From Eledone cirrhosa (Eukaryota): a stretch of 64,000 bases of DNA. The translations under genes were made by a program, and so were the position numbers. A model generated the notes under the pieces. The model searched no databases and had not been told where the DNA came from. It saw only the letters and a list, made by a program, of their open reading frames with translations. How positions within the stretch are numbered: position 1 is the stretch's first letter; each line of letters opens with the position of its first letter. Positions 1-12,598 of the stretch are shown here, in pieces. Where the stretch lies: assembly GCA_964016885.1 (NCBI GenBank), contig OZ024740.1, positions 375,844,001 to 375,908,000 on the forward strand, in the 5' to 3' direction.

Positions 1-344
1 GAACTAGATCTAAACCAGTCATATGGTTTGCACCCCTTGCTTCGGTCGCAGTTAAAACACCAATTGCAAAACTATTCTTTAAAGCTCTTGACACCTCTTT
101 CCCTACTCAAAATAAATACAATTCCATTTTTAATAGACATACCATTAAATTCGCGAATTCTACAACCAGTAACATGGCCCAAAACATCGCCAAATTAAAC
201 GCCAAAATCCTAGAACCAAACCAACGTAATGATCATAATAATAGAGTTAACATTAATGATACTAAACCAAAATGTAATTGTAGAAATAAAATAAATTGCC
301 CTTTTGTAAAATTAGATACTAATTTGGTTTATAAACCAAATTAG
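1..344 (+). mobile_element. PLE fragment, Hydra-like RT-EN linker (cut by window start)
   Basis: Frame from nt 3 reads TRSKPVIWFAP...IFNRHTIKF...KCNCRNKINCPF, homologous to IWYNP...CNC-x5-CPL of the 49544-50836 ORF; ends in a 40-bp perfect palindrome (312-351). Confidence 0.8.
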
Positions 345-1344
345 TATCTAAACAATTATTTTGCATATTTTTAAATATTTTTAAATATACCTACCACATT
401 TCTATATATATGATTAAAATATAGAGAAAATATCCAAACTCAAAATTATTATCGACATTATTTTGAACTCTGTATTATCCATGCACTCATTGTTGTTTTT
501 CTTATATGTATATATATATGTATTTAAATGTGACACGCTGATAAGATTATAACTGTTATCATTTACCTAAAGTATACTACCTAATATATATATCTATATA
601 TATACATCCCTATATCTAATAATATGTTGATTTATTGGTTGAAGAATAATTAGTGCATTTACACCCAGTTATACATATGTATATATTTATCCCTAATATC
701 CTTCAATATATTATCTTATTTTATTTTTATATTCGTCGTTATTATTTACCTTAAACGTACTGGCTTATATACCTATATACATAATAGTTATTTAAATATT
801 TATAACAATAAGTACTTCAAAAGCTTTACATACCTAATATGTTGGTATATTTGTTAAAGTTTAAATTTATATGTTATATTTCATTATTTATGTGCCAGCT
901 AAATTCTTTAAATGTTACTCTCAAAATTCAGAAGTTTAGAAATGAACTTATCGAATTAATATAAATAATATATAAATGACCAGCAAATAATCCTGAAATC
1001 TGGAGTCTTCACCCTAATATTATAAATTAATTATATTCAAATCTAACCATATAACGATCGACCCCCCCCCCCCCCGCCACACTTTAATTTTCCCTCTTTA
1101 TAAATATTTTTCCTGTGGCTATCACTGGGTGTTATGATTCATGAGACGTTTTCCTAGATATATCCTTTAACATTTTAGAACAATTACAGTATGCAAACTT
1201 TTCTATTACTCACACATTCTCTAATGAATTTAATACGTTTTCGCATTTTCTCATAAATAGGATATAAGTAAAATTTTCTATCGGGTTAATAACTACCTTG
1301 ATTTAATCTTAACCATTTAACATTTCAGGGTATGTGATGTATCA

Positions 1345-1400
1345 TTATATTTTGTCTGATGAGGACGTACTGTTGTACATCCGAAATATGTATAATAAAA
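1345..1400 (+). ncRNA. HHR-like motif, TATTTTGT-insert family
   Basis: CTGATGA (1356) + stem II GGACGTAC-TGTT-GTACATCC + GAAA-TATG-TA. Stem I is not canonical. Relatives at about 10262-10310(-), 10465-10520, 23365-23432, 40572-40640(-) and 59700-59765. Confidence 0.55.
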
Positions 1401-1437
1401 TCTGCAAAAGAACATCTATTTTTTATTAATACTTATA

Positions 1438-1505
<68 letters not shown>

Positions 1506-1509
<4 letters not shown>

Positions 1510-2038
1510 GGAGGAAGTGTGGTAAGGAACCAGATGGATGATAACGCACCGCAGTACACAATACTTAGGGTAGTAGAGTGGGTAATAGGAAAATGCTCGG
1601 TGTGTTTGTAAAGAAACATCCCGTATTAAGCCGTAGTGTCCAGCAACCATCGTTGCTCGTTTGTTCAACACTGACAAAGGAACGCTGTACTAGTTTCATG
1701 TACTAGTTATATATATGTACGTGTACATACTTATATTTAAATAACAGCCGTACTAAGAGTGGGAAATGAAATTTCGTTTCATTTTTTCCGTTTATCGTTT
1801 TCGGTGCCCCCGGCCGATTAACCCACTCGATATGCAAATTGGGCTACTCAGCCGTTAATATGCATAAGGTAAGTATATACGTTCAACAATCTGGCAGGAA
1901 GGTATACGTTGCTGACGATAGCTAATAAGCTTGAAACTTCTACAGCGTTCCTTTGTCAGTGTTGAACAAACGAGCAACGATGGTTGCTGGACACTACGGC
2001 TTAATACGGGATGTTTCTTTACAAACACACCGAGCATT
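1506..2038. mobile_element. PLE pseudo-LTR fold-back remnant
   Basis: 97-bp perfect inverted repeat 1593-1689 / 1941-2037; tail module 1506-1592; HHR at the right arm; abuts (TA)n on the left. Confidence 0.75.
1907..1947 (+). ncRNA. Minimal type I hammerhead ribozyme
   Basis: CGTTG-CTGACGA-T-AGCT-AATA-AGCT-T-GAAA-CTTC-TA^CAGCG. Stem I CGTTG/CAGCG pairs; the inverted copy (1683-1697) keeps the palindromic stem III ACTAGT. Confidence 0.75.
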
Positions 2039-2638
2039 ATAATAAATGTTCGGTGAATCCACACGTCTACTGCGTGTCTCCATCATTTTGTAGCTTTAAA
2101 GATTTCACTCACTGGCCGCGGGGTATTCATTGTATCTAAGGAAATAGACGTATCTAGTATTAAAATGCAAGGGTTACCGTACGGGTCGTTTTGACTGATT
2201 GGACAGGGGAAGCAATCAAGTACTAACACTGAACGGGAAAATAAAATGTAAAGCGAAAATGTTGGAAGGTAACTATTGAATAAATCGAAAGACAATTACG
2301 AACTTTTTAAGTGATGTCTAATAAACAAAGAACTAGAGTGAGCGGACAATTTCAAAGGACAAAGTTTGAAAGTTTGAGGACGAAGGGTTATGCAAATTTT
2401 ACAGAACAAAAGGTTCGAAGAAGAAAGGAAAAGAGTGTGAGAGAGTGTGTGAGAAAGTAAGAACGTCACTGCAGTAATAATCGACAATTTACATTCCGAA
2501 ATTGTGCTGTAGAAAGACGACGAGCAGGAATTCACCAAGAGTCAGCCTTTCCAAGATTTATTTGGCTCTTATTTTTCCCATCCACTAAATTTATAGATAT
2601 AATCATCATAACTGACAAAGTCTAATTTTGACTTCCAA

Positions 2639-2689
<51 letters not shown>

Positions 2690-2691
<2 letters not shown>

Positions 2692-2948
2692 TGGAGGTGC
2701 CACGGCAAAAAAGCACCCAGCCCACATTGTAAAGTGGACGTGTAGGCTCCACGAAAAAGCACCCAGCACTCACTGTAAATGAGGTTGGTGTTAGGAAGGG
2801 CATCCAGCTGTAGAAATCAAGCCAGATCAGTTCCTGTATGAGCAAGGCATGGTCAGCCGACCAGACACTGCACACAACAGGAGAACCCGTCTAACCCATG
2901 CTAGCGTGGAAGAACGGACGTAAAACGGTGATGATGAAACGGTGATGA
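2690..2948 (+). mobile_element. SINE 3' body (cephalopod-type)
   Basis: GGTTGGTGTTAGGAAGGGCATCCAGCTGTAGAAA core, AACCCATGCTAGCGTGGAA motif and (GAT)n tail; resembles an abundant Octopus SINE from memory. Confidence 0.65.
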
Positions 2949-3473
2949 TATATATATACAAAATTAAGATAAATCAAATGAATTTAATCTAAATCAAAAT
3001 TATGGGTGTCATGCCAGAAAAACATGCGCCATATCACCCGCAAAATATGTTGAAAGGACTCGACTGCTGTTTCTAGTTGTCGATAACCCTATTCACGCCA
3101 CTGGGACGAAGCTGGTATGATGTGTGTATTTGTAGTAGATATAGCACGTGTTGCTGGCCAGTCGGTGATTTGAACTTGAAGTGTAAACACTGATCGCTGG
3201 AACTTCTTCCTTGTTGAAAATCCAAGTTTCGGCATCCGCGGTTTACCATTCGATTAATTGGTGAAATATATTTCTTTAATGGAATATATACAGGGAAAAT
3301 TAATCATATTATAAGGTATCTATTATTGAAGTTCTGGTCAACTTTATTTAGTTACCTACCTAGCTATGTGTGGTTACACACTTCTAAAAATTATCTCCTG
3401 TGATTATTCATGTTTATTTATATGTTAATCAATTTCTAGTTATTATATATATATATATTTATATTTAATAGAT

Positions 3474-3739
3474 GAAATTGATGAAAGAGAAGCAAGCCGT
3501 TAAAATATATTTATAAGAGCTTCTTATAAATATATTTTAATGGCTTGCTTCCCTTTCATCAATTTCTTAGATTATAATTGCTCTGCTTAAATTCGCACAC
3601 TAAATATTAACGCTTCTGATATTTAACTGTTTGCACAAGCATCGAGCATGAATGCACCTGCTTAAGGCAATTAATCATCTGTATCGTCTCTTTCTATAAC
3701 GCCTCTTCTCTCTATTCTCTCTCACGATACTGTATCATG

Positions 3740-3740
<1 letters not shown>
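3474..3740. repeat. Hairpin insertion with one-sided tail
   Basis: Near-perfect hairpin 3474-3566, then an unpaired tail with GCTCTG (3580) running to (TA)n. Confidence 0.75.
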
Positions 3741-3819
<79 letters not shown>

Positions 3820-3821
<2 letters not shown>

Positions 3822-4410
3822 TGTGAATACTTATTATTATGTATAGTTTTAGCGTACGACAAGAGGTTTACGTGGGTGGCGAGTTTATGATTTCACTTGT
3901 ATTCCTATGTAAGTTTATCTTGGAGTAATAACATTGAAAAGGTGAAGAATAACATGGTCAACAGTACAAAAAAGGGATGTATTTACAGTCTGACAATTGT
4001 TTCACTGATTAAGTTGTCTAAAAATTGCTGAACACTTAAATCAGTGCCACTCAATTTCAAATACGATGTTAGCTTAACCAAATCATCGGAGATAACTGCT
4101 GTATGATCGGTAATTTTAATTTACAGCATCATTAATAATATTAATAATAAAGATAGAGAGAGAAAAAAGAGATATCTATATTATCTATCTTTATTATTAA
4201 TATTATTAATGATGCCTTAATTTAAAATTACCGACCATATAGCAGTTGTCTCCGATGTTCTGGTTAAGTTGACGTTGTATTTGAAATTGAGTGACACTGA
4301 TTTAAGTGTTTAGCAATTTTTAGACAACTTAATCAATGAAACAATTGTCAGGCTGTAATTAAATCCCATTTGTTTGTACTGTTGACCATGTTATTCCTCA
4401 CTTTTTCAAT
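3820..4410. mobile_element. PLE pseudo-LTR fold-back
   Basis: Inverted arms about 3933-4156 / 4183-4410; left-only tail 3820-3932 related to 31601-31650; HHR in each arm. Confidence 0.8.
3985..4099 (-). ncRNA. Hammerhead ribozyme, CCGAUGA core, long stem II
   Basis: Minus strand: TCT-CCGATGA-T-TTGGTTAAG...CTTAATCAG-T-GAAA-CAATTG-TC^AGA; GUC triplet; mirror copy 4242-4356(+). Confidence 0.7.
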
Positions 4411-4412
4411 TA

Positions 4413-4557
<145 letters not shown>

Positions 4558-4589
4558 ACGTGTGTGTGTGTAAAATGTAGTAAACAGAA

Positions 4590-4815
4590 ATAACAAAACA
4601 ATCGCTACAGTATATGGAAGGAATATATTAGGTTAACGCTTGAAATACCAGGAAGGGGGTATTAACGTTTCGTACGCTAGTTCTTCATCAGAAGAAAGAA
4701 TGAGAAATAAGATAGATTGAAGGGACGGGTGGAGTGGAATTGGAGAATCAGCGAGAGGAGTTGAGTCCATGATGGAAAGAGGACCCAAGGTGGTAAATCA
4801 GACTCTGTTAATTGT
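4590..4815 (-). mobile_element. Neptune-like PLE 3' end fragment with minimal HHR (4661-4695)
   Basis: Homologous to 20415-20570; minus strand CTGATGA...GAAACGTT. Confidence 0.6.
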
Positions 4816-4843
4816 ATACACATACACACACACACACACACAT

Positions 4844-4902
<59 letters not shown>

Positions 4903-4988
4903 ATTGTTTCTACTTTTGGCAGAAGGCCAGCAATTACCGAGTGCATTACTGGTACTTTATTTCATCGACCCCGTAAGGATGAAAGGCA
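4903..4988 (-). mobile_element. tRNA-derived SINE fragment
   Basis: ACTGGTACTTTATTTCATCGACCCCG...GGATGAAAGGC; same family as 14961-15120 and 34693-34852. Confidence 0.65.
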
Positions 4989-4990
4989 TT

Positions 4991-5061
<71 letters not shown>

Positions 5062-5204
5062 GTAGGGTATTTACTACAGTGTCTTTGTTACTTTCTCACA
5101 CACACAGGCTCTCTCGCACACTCTGTTCTCTTCTTCTCTCTATCTCCAACTGTTGTTCTTATTTTTCTTTTGTGTCTCTTACTATTATCTTAACTTCTGT
5201 ACCT

Positions 5205-5335
5205 GTTCCTGTCTACAAGGCCTGCGTCCTCAGTACACTACACCAGCGAGATGTGGTGTCTCAACTCCAGAGAGAAGTGACGTCTCCATGTCTTCCACCT
5301 TCGTTGCCTGAGACGCATTTTGGATATCAAGTAGA
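5205..5335 (+). mobile_element. RTE-like LINE fragment
   Basis: VYKACVLSTL and, after a frameshift, LHVFHLRCLRRILDI match the post-RT segment of the RTE at 39320-39450. Confidence 0.6.
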
Positions 5336-5365
5336 CTGAGCGGGTGACCAGCACTGAAGTCCTCC

Positions 5366-5640
5366 ACTTACATAGAGAGTTATTGTTTACGGAGACATAT
5401 CCGTGTGTAGGAGGTTTATTAGGGATTTCTTGGAGAAATTTGTCCAAAGACGTTTTGAATTTTACGGAATCTATTTCTGTTTTAATGTAATGAGAGCGGG
5501 GCCAGTTGAGGTGAAATAATTGTGCCGAAATGTTGTTATGAAAGGCGAGGTTGAATTTTGTTGTGGACGGATAGCCCGGGGCCTTAGCTTTAGCTGTATA
5601 TTAAAAATGATGCCATCATCATTTAGGCAATGCTGATATA
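5366..5640 (-). mobile_element. CR1/L2-group LINE 3' end fragment
   Basis: KFKTSLDKFLQEIPNKPPTHGYVSVNNNSLCKW resembles typical C-termini of this group. Confidence 0.5.
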
Positions 5641-6820
5641 AATAATGTAGCGCTCACGGTGGCGTTGGAGAGAATAGACTTTGAGCTTTTCTAGTAGACA
5701 CCACTAGTCAAAGCCTATTTCTGAACTATCCAAAAATAGCCGTCGAAACAGTTTGAGCTCTGTCGTCGGGGTTAAACTTTTTCCTATTACCCACTCTACT
5801 AACCTATGTATTGAGTTCTCTGGTGTTTTATAGTCCATCTGGTGCCACACCTTACCACACTTCCTTACCATACCTCCTTCGTTATATATATATATGTGTG
5901 TGTATATATATATGCATTTGTTATATTCAATTATTAATTAATTAATTATATGCATATATGTCTTCATATTTGGAATTCGGTTTTGGTGTAGTATAACAAT
6001 TTATATGTACACACACACACACACACATGCACACACATACATAATATATATATATACATATATACATTACCATTTGGTGCAGTAATGGTTTCATTCTAAT
6101 CTACTTTTTATTGACAACATACATTTCATAAGAGATATTTTGGCATTGATGTCAGCAGTCAGAAAAACATTCTTTGTTCCTTATAGCCATGTTTACCATA
6201 TTTGCCATATACTTGATAATTTGTTGGATGCCTTTCTTCTTCTGATATCTAAAGAGAAAATTTCTCTACGAAGATGCAAGGTCTTTAATTAGGTTCTAAA
6301 ATGATTTGTAATAAATTGGCTGAATATGTCCAGGGGGACATTGGACAGCTGTTCGGAAAATTCAATAGGAAGTAAGAACTTACTTTAAAGATTCCGATGA
6401 ATAGATTAAGCAAACACACTTCTATTCCTGACGTTGGTTTTTATTTCTATATTTTCACCCTGATTTATAGTTTTATTTCATCTTTGGCTCACTTACAAAA
6501 TATACCAAGGAATCAGCTTTTGTATCAATTAAACACTGCCTTCACATCGGTTAATATGTTTTCAATATGTTTTGATTGTTTTCATTGGGAGTATTTTAAT
6601 AGGTTATATATCGTTTGAAGTTTACGTTAAATCTTTTTAAATATTTCCTGCCAATATTTGTTGTTTATCATTTTAACACCGTTCGATGTGTTCATCCGTT
6701 TCTCGTCTATATTCCTGAAAGATTTTATATGCTTCCTCTTAAATAAATATATACTCATAATAAATACTTTGTTGTTTACATGCTCATTGTCTTATACATA
6801 CAAATACACGCATGTATATA

Positions 6821-6861
<41 letters not shown>

Positions 6862-6912
6862 GTATGCATGAATACATCTATACCCACACTCACATATGTA
6901 GGTATAAATGTC

Positions 6913-6950
<38 letters not shown>

Positions 6951-6956
<6 letters not shown>

Positions 6957-7875
6957 TTAGTTAAGCAAAACAAGACCACAAATTTCACGAGGAAGACATT
7001 ATTAAACGATTGTCAAGATATTTTAGTTTGATGTAAGGAATGTAGAGAATACTAATAATAATATTAATAATAATAGTGTCCGTTTACAATTGTTTCGCTA
7101 CTCCATATAATATTTCTGGATCAGATGACTATATATCATTATTGGTCTGGTTCAGTTGAAAATAATAAAGATATTTAAAAACAGAGCGGCTCATCGGAAC
7201 TTCAAAGGAATATAAATTAAAATAAGGAGATAATGTTACATAATGTAATGTTCCATATATTGGTATTTCACTATGGTGTCCTGGTTGACCCATTGGCAGA
7301 TCTCACACAATGCAGCCTCGACAGGTGAATACTGCTTGATTATGGCTGACAATTGATACAACCAGGACACCATAGTGAAGTACCAATATATGGAACATTA
7401 CCTTATGTAACATTCTCTCCTTATTTTAATTTATATTCCTTTGAAGTTCCGATGAACCGCTCTGTTGTTAAATATGTTAATTATTTTCAACTGAACCAGA
7501 TCAATAATGATATATAGTCATCTGATCCAGAAATATTATATGGAGTAGCGAAACAATTGTAAACGGACATTATTATTATTAATATTATTATTATTATTCT
7601 CTACATTCCTTACATCAAACTAAAATATGTTGACAATCTTTTAATAATGTCTTCCTTGTGAAATTTGTGGTCTTGTTTTGCTTAACTAATGAATATTTCC
7701 AGCTCTGCGCGCCTAACTTCTGCATGAACCCAGCCACCTCGCTGCTTTCTACTGCATATTGCACATTGAGCACATGCCTTTACGTTTTGGCTTCTAACTA
7801 ATTCACCAATCTCTCCTCTCCTATCTCCTCTCCTATCTCCATCTCTCTCTCTTTAAGATTGGTTTCTCATGAACT
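6951..7875. mobile_element. PLE pseudo-LTR fold-back
   Basis: Arms 6951-7287 / 7359-7695; right-only tail from 7696 (GCTCTG at 7702); flanked by (TA)n. Confidence 0.85.
7082..7200 (-). ncRNA. Hammerhead ribozyme, CCGAUGA core, about 95-nt stem II
   Basis: GTT-CCGATGA-GCCGCTCTGT...ATGGAGTAGC-GAAA-CAATTG-TA^AAC; mirror copy 7446-7564(+). Confidence 0.7.
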
Positions 7876-7891
7876 GTATATATATATATTA

Positions 7892-8634
7892 TGTTCATAA
7901 TGTCTCTTTACAATTTAAACGATTTATTACAAAAGCAAATGAACAAACAAATATATGGAATTTTTTACAAAATGAAGAGTAGATATTGTTGTTGTGTGTT
8001 CAGTTTCCCTAAAAAATGATCGGTTGCCTCATCACTAAAAGAAACTCGAGTGAGGAACGTTCCATCTTCATAAATTCGTTCCAGCATGTTAGCTGCAAAC
8101 TCTTTTCGTTTTCGTTTATCATTTTGTCCGAGTGTCTGAAAGAATTGCACTTTATAAGCGTAGAATCGCAAGTTCTTGTGTTGAACGTGGCAGCTGTAAC
8201 AGTCTGGCAACAACTGCGGATGGACTTTTAGGAGCCTGGATCGATGTTTTCCTCAGATGTTATTGGTCGGCCACTCCTCCCTTTATCCAACACGCTCCCT
8301 GTTTCCGTAAATGTATTGTGCCATGCAAGAATTGACGGATGTGACGCGGATCTCTTCCATACATAGTTCTGTAGTTTCGCTAAGTATGCGTATCCAATTT
8401 GGTTTCAATAAACCATGACACACATTGTGCTTTTTCTTGAGGAATAGTCATTTTCTAGGGGTTCATTTAACGGTACACTTTTCATCACCAGGATACCTGA
8501 AATACACAGATGCAATGTGATTAAAAACTATGATAACTACGGAGTACGGAGAACAAAATTGATGAAGATATGTTATCAATTGCCATTGTAATATATATTT
8601 TTTTAAATTGTAAAGAGACTTTATGGACAGCCTG
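7892..8634 (-). mobile_element. Internally deleted Tc1/mariner transposon (DD37D/maT-like)
   Basis: TIRs TGTTCATAATGTCTCTTTACAATTT / AAATTGTAAAGAGACTTTATGGACAGCCTG then TA; decayed transposase from 8451 with FTETGSV..GRSGRP, YKVQ and VSFSDEA. Confidence 0.85.
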
Positions 8635-8662
8635 TATATATCTATCTATCTATATATATATA

Positions 8663-8720
<58 letters not shown>

Positions 8721-8752
8721 TCTGTGTTAGACTATATATATGTATTTATATC

Positions 8753-9800
8753 AATATAAATTACACAATTATCAAAATTATGTTCAAGTCATTTAATTGC
8801 TGACAATCCTTTCTTCCAAACTTTCGTTTGGATCCATCGGAGCATGATCGATGTTTGTACATATAATTAACCTCCTATTCAACCGAACAATCATATAGAG
8901 ACATATATATTGATGTTGTGAGAAACAGTTTCATATTTACATGGTGTAAAGGATGCGACATATATTATACGAGAATTGTACAAAAATTCAAATTAAAATT
9001 AAAAGCACAGAGTGGAATACATGCGACAGATAATACAAGAGAATAGTCTAATAATTTATGAGGCATTGAGAAAGAATCATTGAGAAAGAATGAGTACATT
9101 AGCTGTACATATGCAAGCATGTAGAAAGTGCACATGCATTAGTAATATATATGAGAAGAAAATAGCAAAGGTATTATGCATATATAGATACATAAATAAA
9201 TACTGTATGGCAAGCAAATGTGTTAATATATATATGACTCACGGATGTTCACTTTCTACACGCTTGCATATGTACTGCTAATGTACTCATTATTTGTCAA
9301 TGCTTCTTTCTCAATGCCTCTTTAATTATTAGACTATTCTCTTGTATCATCTGTCGCATGTATTCCACTCTGTGCTTTTAATATTAATTTGAATTGTTTT
9401 ACAATTCTCGTATAATATATGTCGCATCCACTGCACCCTGTAAATTCGAAACTGTTGTTCACAACATCAATATATATGTATCTATATGATTGTTCAGTTG
9501 AATAGGAGGTTAATTATATGTACAAACATTGATAATGCTCCGATGGATCCAAACGAAAGTTTAGAAGAAACGATTGTCAGAAATTAAATGATTTGAACAT
9601 AACTTTGATAATTGTGTAATTTATATTCCTGCTCTGTAAAACACTTGATGTTCTTACATTGAGCTATTTCTTTTACTGGTAATAATGTAGTAGGAAATTA
9701 CTGACCTTTCTTGCTTATAGTTGTTTATAGTATATACATAAATATAAATAGTATCATTATTATTATTATGTATTTATATTATCTTATTATTATGTATTTA
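8753..9800. mobile_element. PLE pseudo-LTR fold-back
   Basis: Arms about 8753-9135 / 9245-9627; right-only tail from 9628 (GCTCTG at 9631), homologous to 45435-45620. Confidence 0.85.
8798..8844 (-). ncRNA. Hammerhead-like motif, CCGAUGG core
   Basis: TGCT-CCGATGG-A-TCCAAAC-GAAA-GTTTGGA-A-GAAA-GGATTG-TC^AGCA; 7-bp stem II with GNRA loop; mirror copy 9536-9582(+). Confidence 0.6.
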
Positions 9801-9957
9801 TATATGTATGTATGGCAGTCAGTGATAAACATTGATGGCCAAATGAATTAACTATGGAGATATAAAAGAAGCATAAGCGAAAACCAACCAGACAGGGAGT
9901 GTGTTCTGTTATTATTTCTGGCAATATTATTACAACAATATGACCCTCCACAAGTAT

Positions 9958-9996
<39 letters not shown>

Positions 9997-9998
<2 letters not shown>

Positions 9999-10134
9999 AC
10001 GAGGGAATTGTTGTAACGAACCAGGTGGTCCATAACGCACCAGAGTACTCAATACTTAGGGTAGTAGAGTGGGTGATAGGAAAAGGTATGACCCCACGGC
10101 GGCAGAGGTCTGCCGTCGGGGTCATACCTTTTCC

Positions 10135-10137
<3 letters not shown>
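9997..10137. repeat. PLE tail plus snap-back hairpin
   Basis: Tail 9997-10075 then hairpin 10076-10137; same family as 5735-5884, 19140-19250 and 62106-62319. Confidence 0.75.
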
Positions 10138-10159
<22 letters not shown>

Positions 10160-10165
<6 letters not shown>

Positions 10166-10565
10166 AGATTGGAAGCAGTCTACAGAAAAATAATTTTCCA
10201 GAGTTATTAATATTAAAATACAAATATTAATAAAATAGATGTTGTTTTGATCAATTAAATTTTATTATACATATTTCAGAGGTACAACAGTATATCCTCA
10301 CCAGACAAAATATAATGGTATATGGCATACGTTTTTTTTTACCCATACATCCTCTATTGAATTTATTACGTTTTCGTATTTTCTCATTATTAGGGTATAA
10401 ATGTTGAGTTTTCTCTTAGGTTAAATCTTAACCATTTAACATCTCAGGATATGTCATGTATAATTATATTTTGTCTGATACAGGACGTACTGTTGTAACT
10501 CTGAAATATGTATAATAATTGACCAAAAGAACATCTATTTTATTAATATTTGTATTTTAATATTA
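10160..10565. mobile_element. PLE pseudo-LTR fold-back (family of 1230-1445)
   Basis: Arms about 10208-10330 / 10448-10565, each with a degenerate HHR-like core; left-only tail. Confidence 0.75.
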
Positions 10566-10803
10566 TATATACATAGGTAAGTATGTTTTGAAACTATGAG
10601 CGAGTTTTAAATTAGAAATATAAGCTTTCACCGTATTTTTTACATAGAGAATTTTTTTTACCCTGATAATGGGGTTTCTTTAGTCAAACACACGGTGAAA
10701 GCTTATATTTCTAATTTCAAACACGCTCACTGTTTCAAAACATACTTACTTGTCATTTACTTGCTAAGAATGTAGGTTCTAATTTGAATGAAAGGAGATG
10801 GGT

Positions 10804-10874
10804 GATGTGTTGGTGTAATGGTAGCACAGCGGTCTGTATAACCAAAGATGTGGGTTCGACTTCCATGTACGTCA
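10804..10874 (+). pseudogene. tRNA-like sequence (pseudogene or SINE head)
   Basis: Cloverleaf GATGTGT/GTACGTC, D-arm GTGT/GCAC, T-arm GTGGG-TTCGACT-TCCAT; A and B boxes; T6 at 10884. Anticodon stem imperfect (loop anticodon GTA here, GGA in the second copy). Confidence 0.7.
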
Positions 10875-11061
10875 ATACTCCTCTTTTTTCCATTTCTCTG
10901 AGGGCTCTAAACACCACTATCAGGTTAAAAAATGTCTTTAGTCAAAAATACGGTGAAAGCTTATATTTCTAATTTCAAACTCGCTCACTGTTTCAAAACA
11001 TACTTACTTGCCATTTACTTGCTAAGAATGTAGCTTCTAATTTGAATGGAAGGACATGGGT

Positions 11062-11132
11062 GATGTGTTGGTGTAATGGTAGCACAGTGGTCTGGATAAC
11101 CAAAGATGTGGGTTCGACTACCATTTACGTCA
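11062..11132 (+). pseudogene. tRNA-like sequence, second tandem copy
   Basis: Same fold 258 bp downstream; loop CTGGATA. Confidence 0.7.
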
Positions 11133-11755
11133 ATATTCATCTTTTTCCATTTCTGTGAGAGTTCTAATCCCCACTATCAGGCTAAAAAATGTATTTACTC
11201 AAAAATACGGTGAAAAGCTTATATTTCTAATTTATATATATATATATACATAAGGTAATCTAAGGCAAATATAGTATTGAATACAGTTTATATGTTGAGA
11301 ATAATATTAATCGAAACGCAAGACTAGTCAGAGATCTTTCAAACAAGCAATAATATTACAGTGGAGACCAGCAATGTTGTCTTATTCTCAATTTAATCAG
11401 ATATTTGAAATATTCTGAGTAAAATTTCTGCAATATAATTACGATTTTCTTTTCTACTCACTGCTATTACAACGTCTGCAATACATCATCATACAATGAC
11501 ACAAAATAATCAGCGACGTCGTCAGATGGTATGATCATAATAGTTTTAGTCAAGTAATACTTACATATTGCTTTACCGCAAAGAATTTAAAACACTTTGC
11601 TGTATGAATATTAATCCCTATTATGAGAAATTACCAGCTTAGCTTATCCTTATAACTGTAATACATAATTTTACATGGGACAGTTCGGAGAAACATGTTC
11701 AGTTAAAAATAATCTGTATAGCTAACATATACGTAATATATGGACGAATTATGAA

Positions 11756-12520
11756 TCTATATTAATAAAGCTGACGGCCGTATGTATGTAACAAACGTTT
11801 GGCCAAATGGCTGGACCAAACGGCACAACAATGTGCACCATAGATGTAACTTTATCCAATGAAGAATGTGAGAATATATTTGTCTACTAAATTCCGATAT
11901 TCTTGATTAAAGACAGGTTATTGTTTATTTAAAGATTCACTTCTTTAAAATGTTCTAATGTCAACACTTCCAGTTAGCGATGGCTTAAATAAACATTAAT
12001 ATATTTTGCAGTTTATATATAATATCGTCTTTTTTTTAATGTATCTGGGAATGAATTTCTGTGTATATTGTCAATCTCTATCTATATTAATAAGCTGACG
12101 GTCGTATGTAAAGTGAGGTGTACATTACTGGTACTTTATTATATATAATATATATAATACAACATTCTTCTCTCTTCCTTACTCTGCCTTTTTAGATAGA
12201 TACAAAGCTATAACGTCGAACGCTTATAATATATGTCTGTATGTCTGACTATCTGCATTGACTTCGCTTCTAACCGACTTTTAATTTATATATATATATG
12301 TATACAGATATAATTATATTTTCGTGTACAGATATCTTTGCATAATCAAACACACAATACATCGGAAAACAGAACTACAAAAACAAAATATAAACAAACA
12401 TTGTATTTATGTCGTTAAATACGGAGCGATTTGTTTACATTTAGTTCGACAGTACGAAAGCACAGACGTGTTATCTTCGGTTTATCCAAGCGAAGCTAGG
12501 TACGTCAGCTACACACACAG

Positions 12521-12598
<78 letters not shown>

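Larger units (their letters stand above)
10575..11232. repeat. 258-bp tandem repeat with tRNA-like units and an inverted partial copy
   Basis: Units about 10678-10935, 10936-11193 and partial to 11232; 10575-10675 is an inverted part-unit; (TA)n on both sides. Confidence 0.8.

Noticed and set aside
10804-11132. Functional tRNA-Tyr(GTA) or tRNA-Ser(GGA) genes
   Set aside because: Anticodon stem mismatched, anticodon differs between copies and there is no Ser variable arm; called tRNA-like only.
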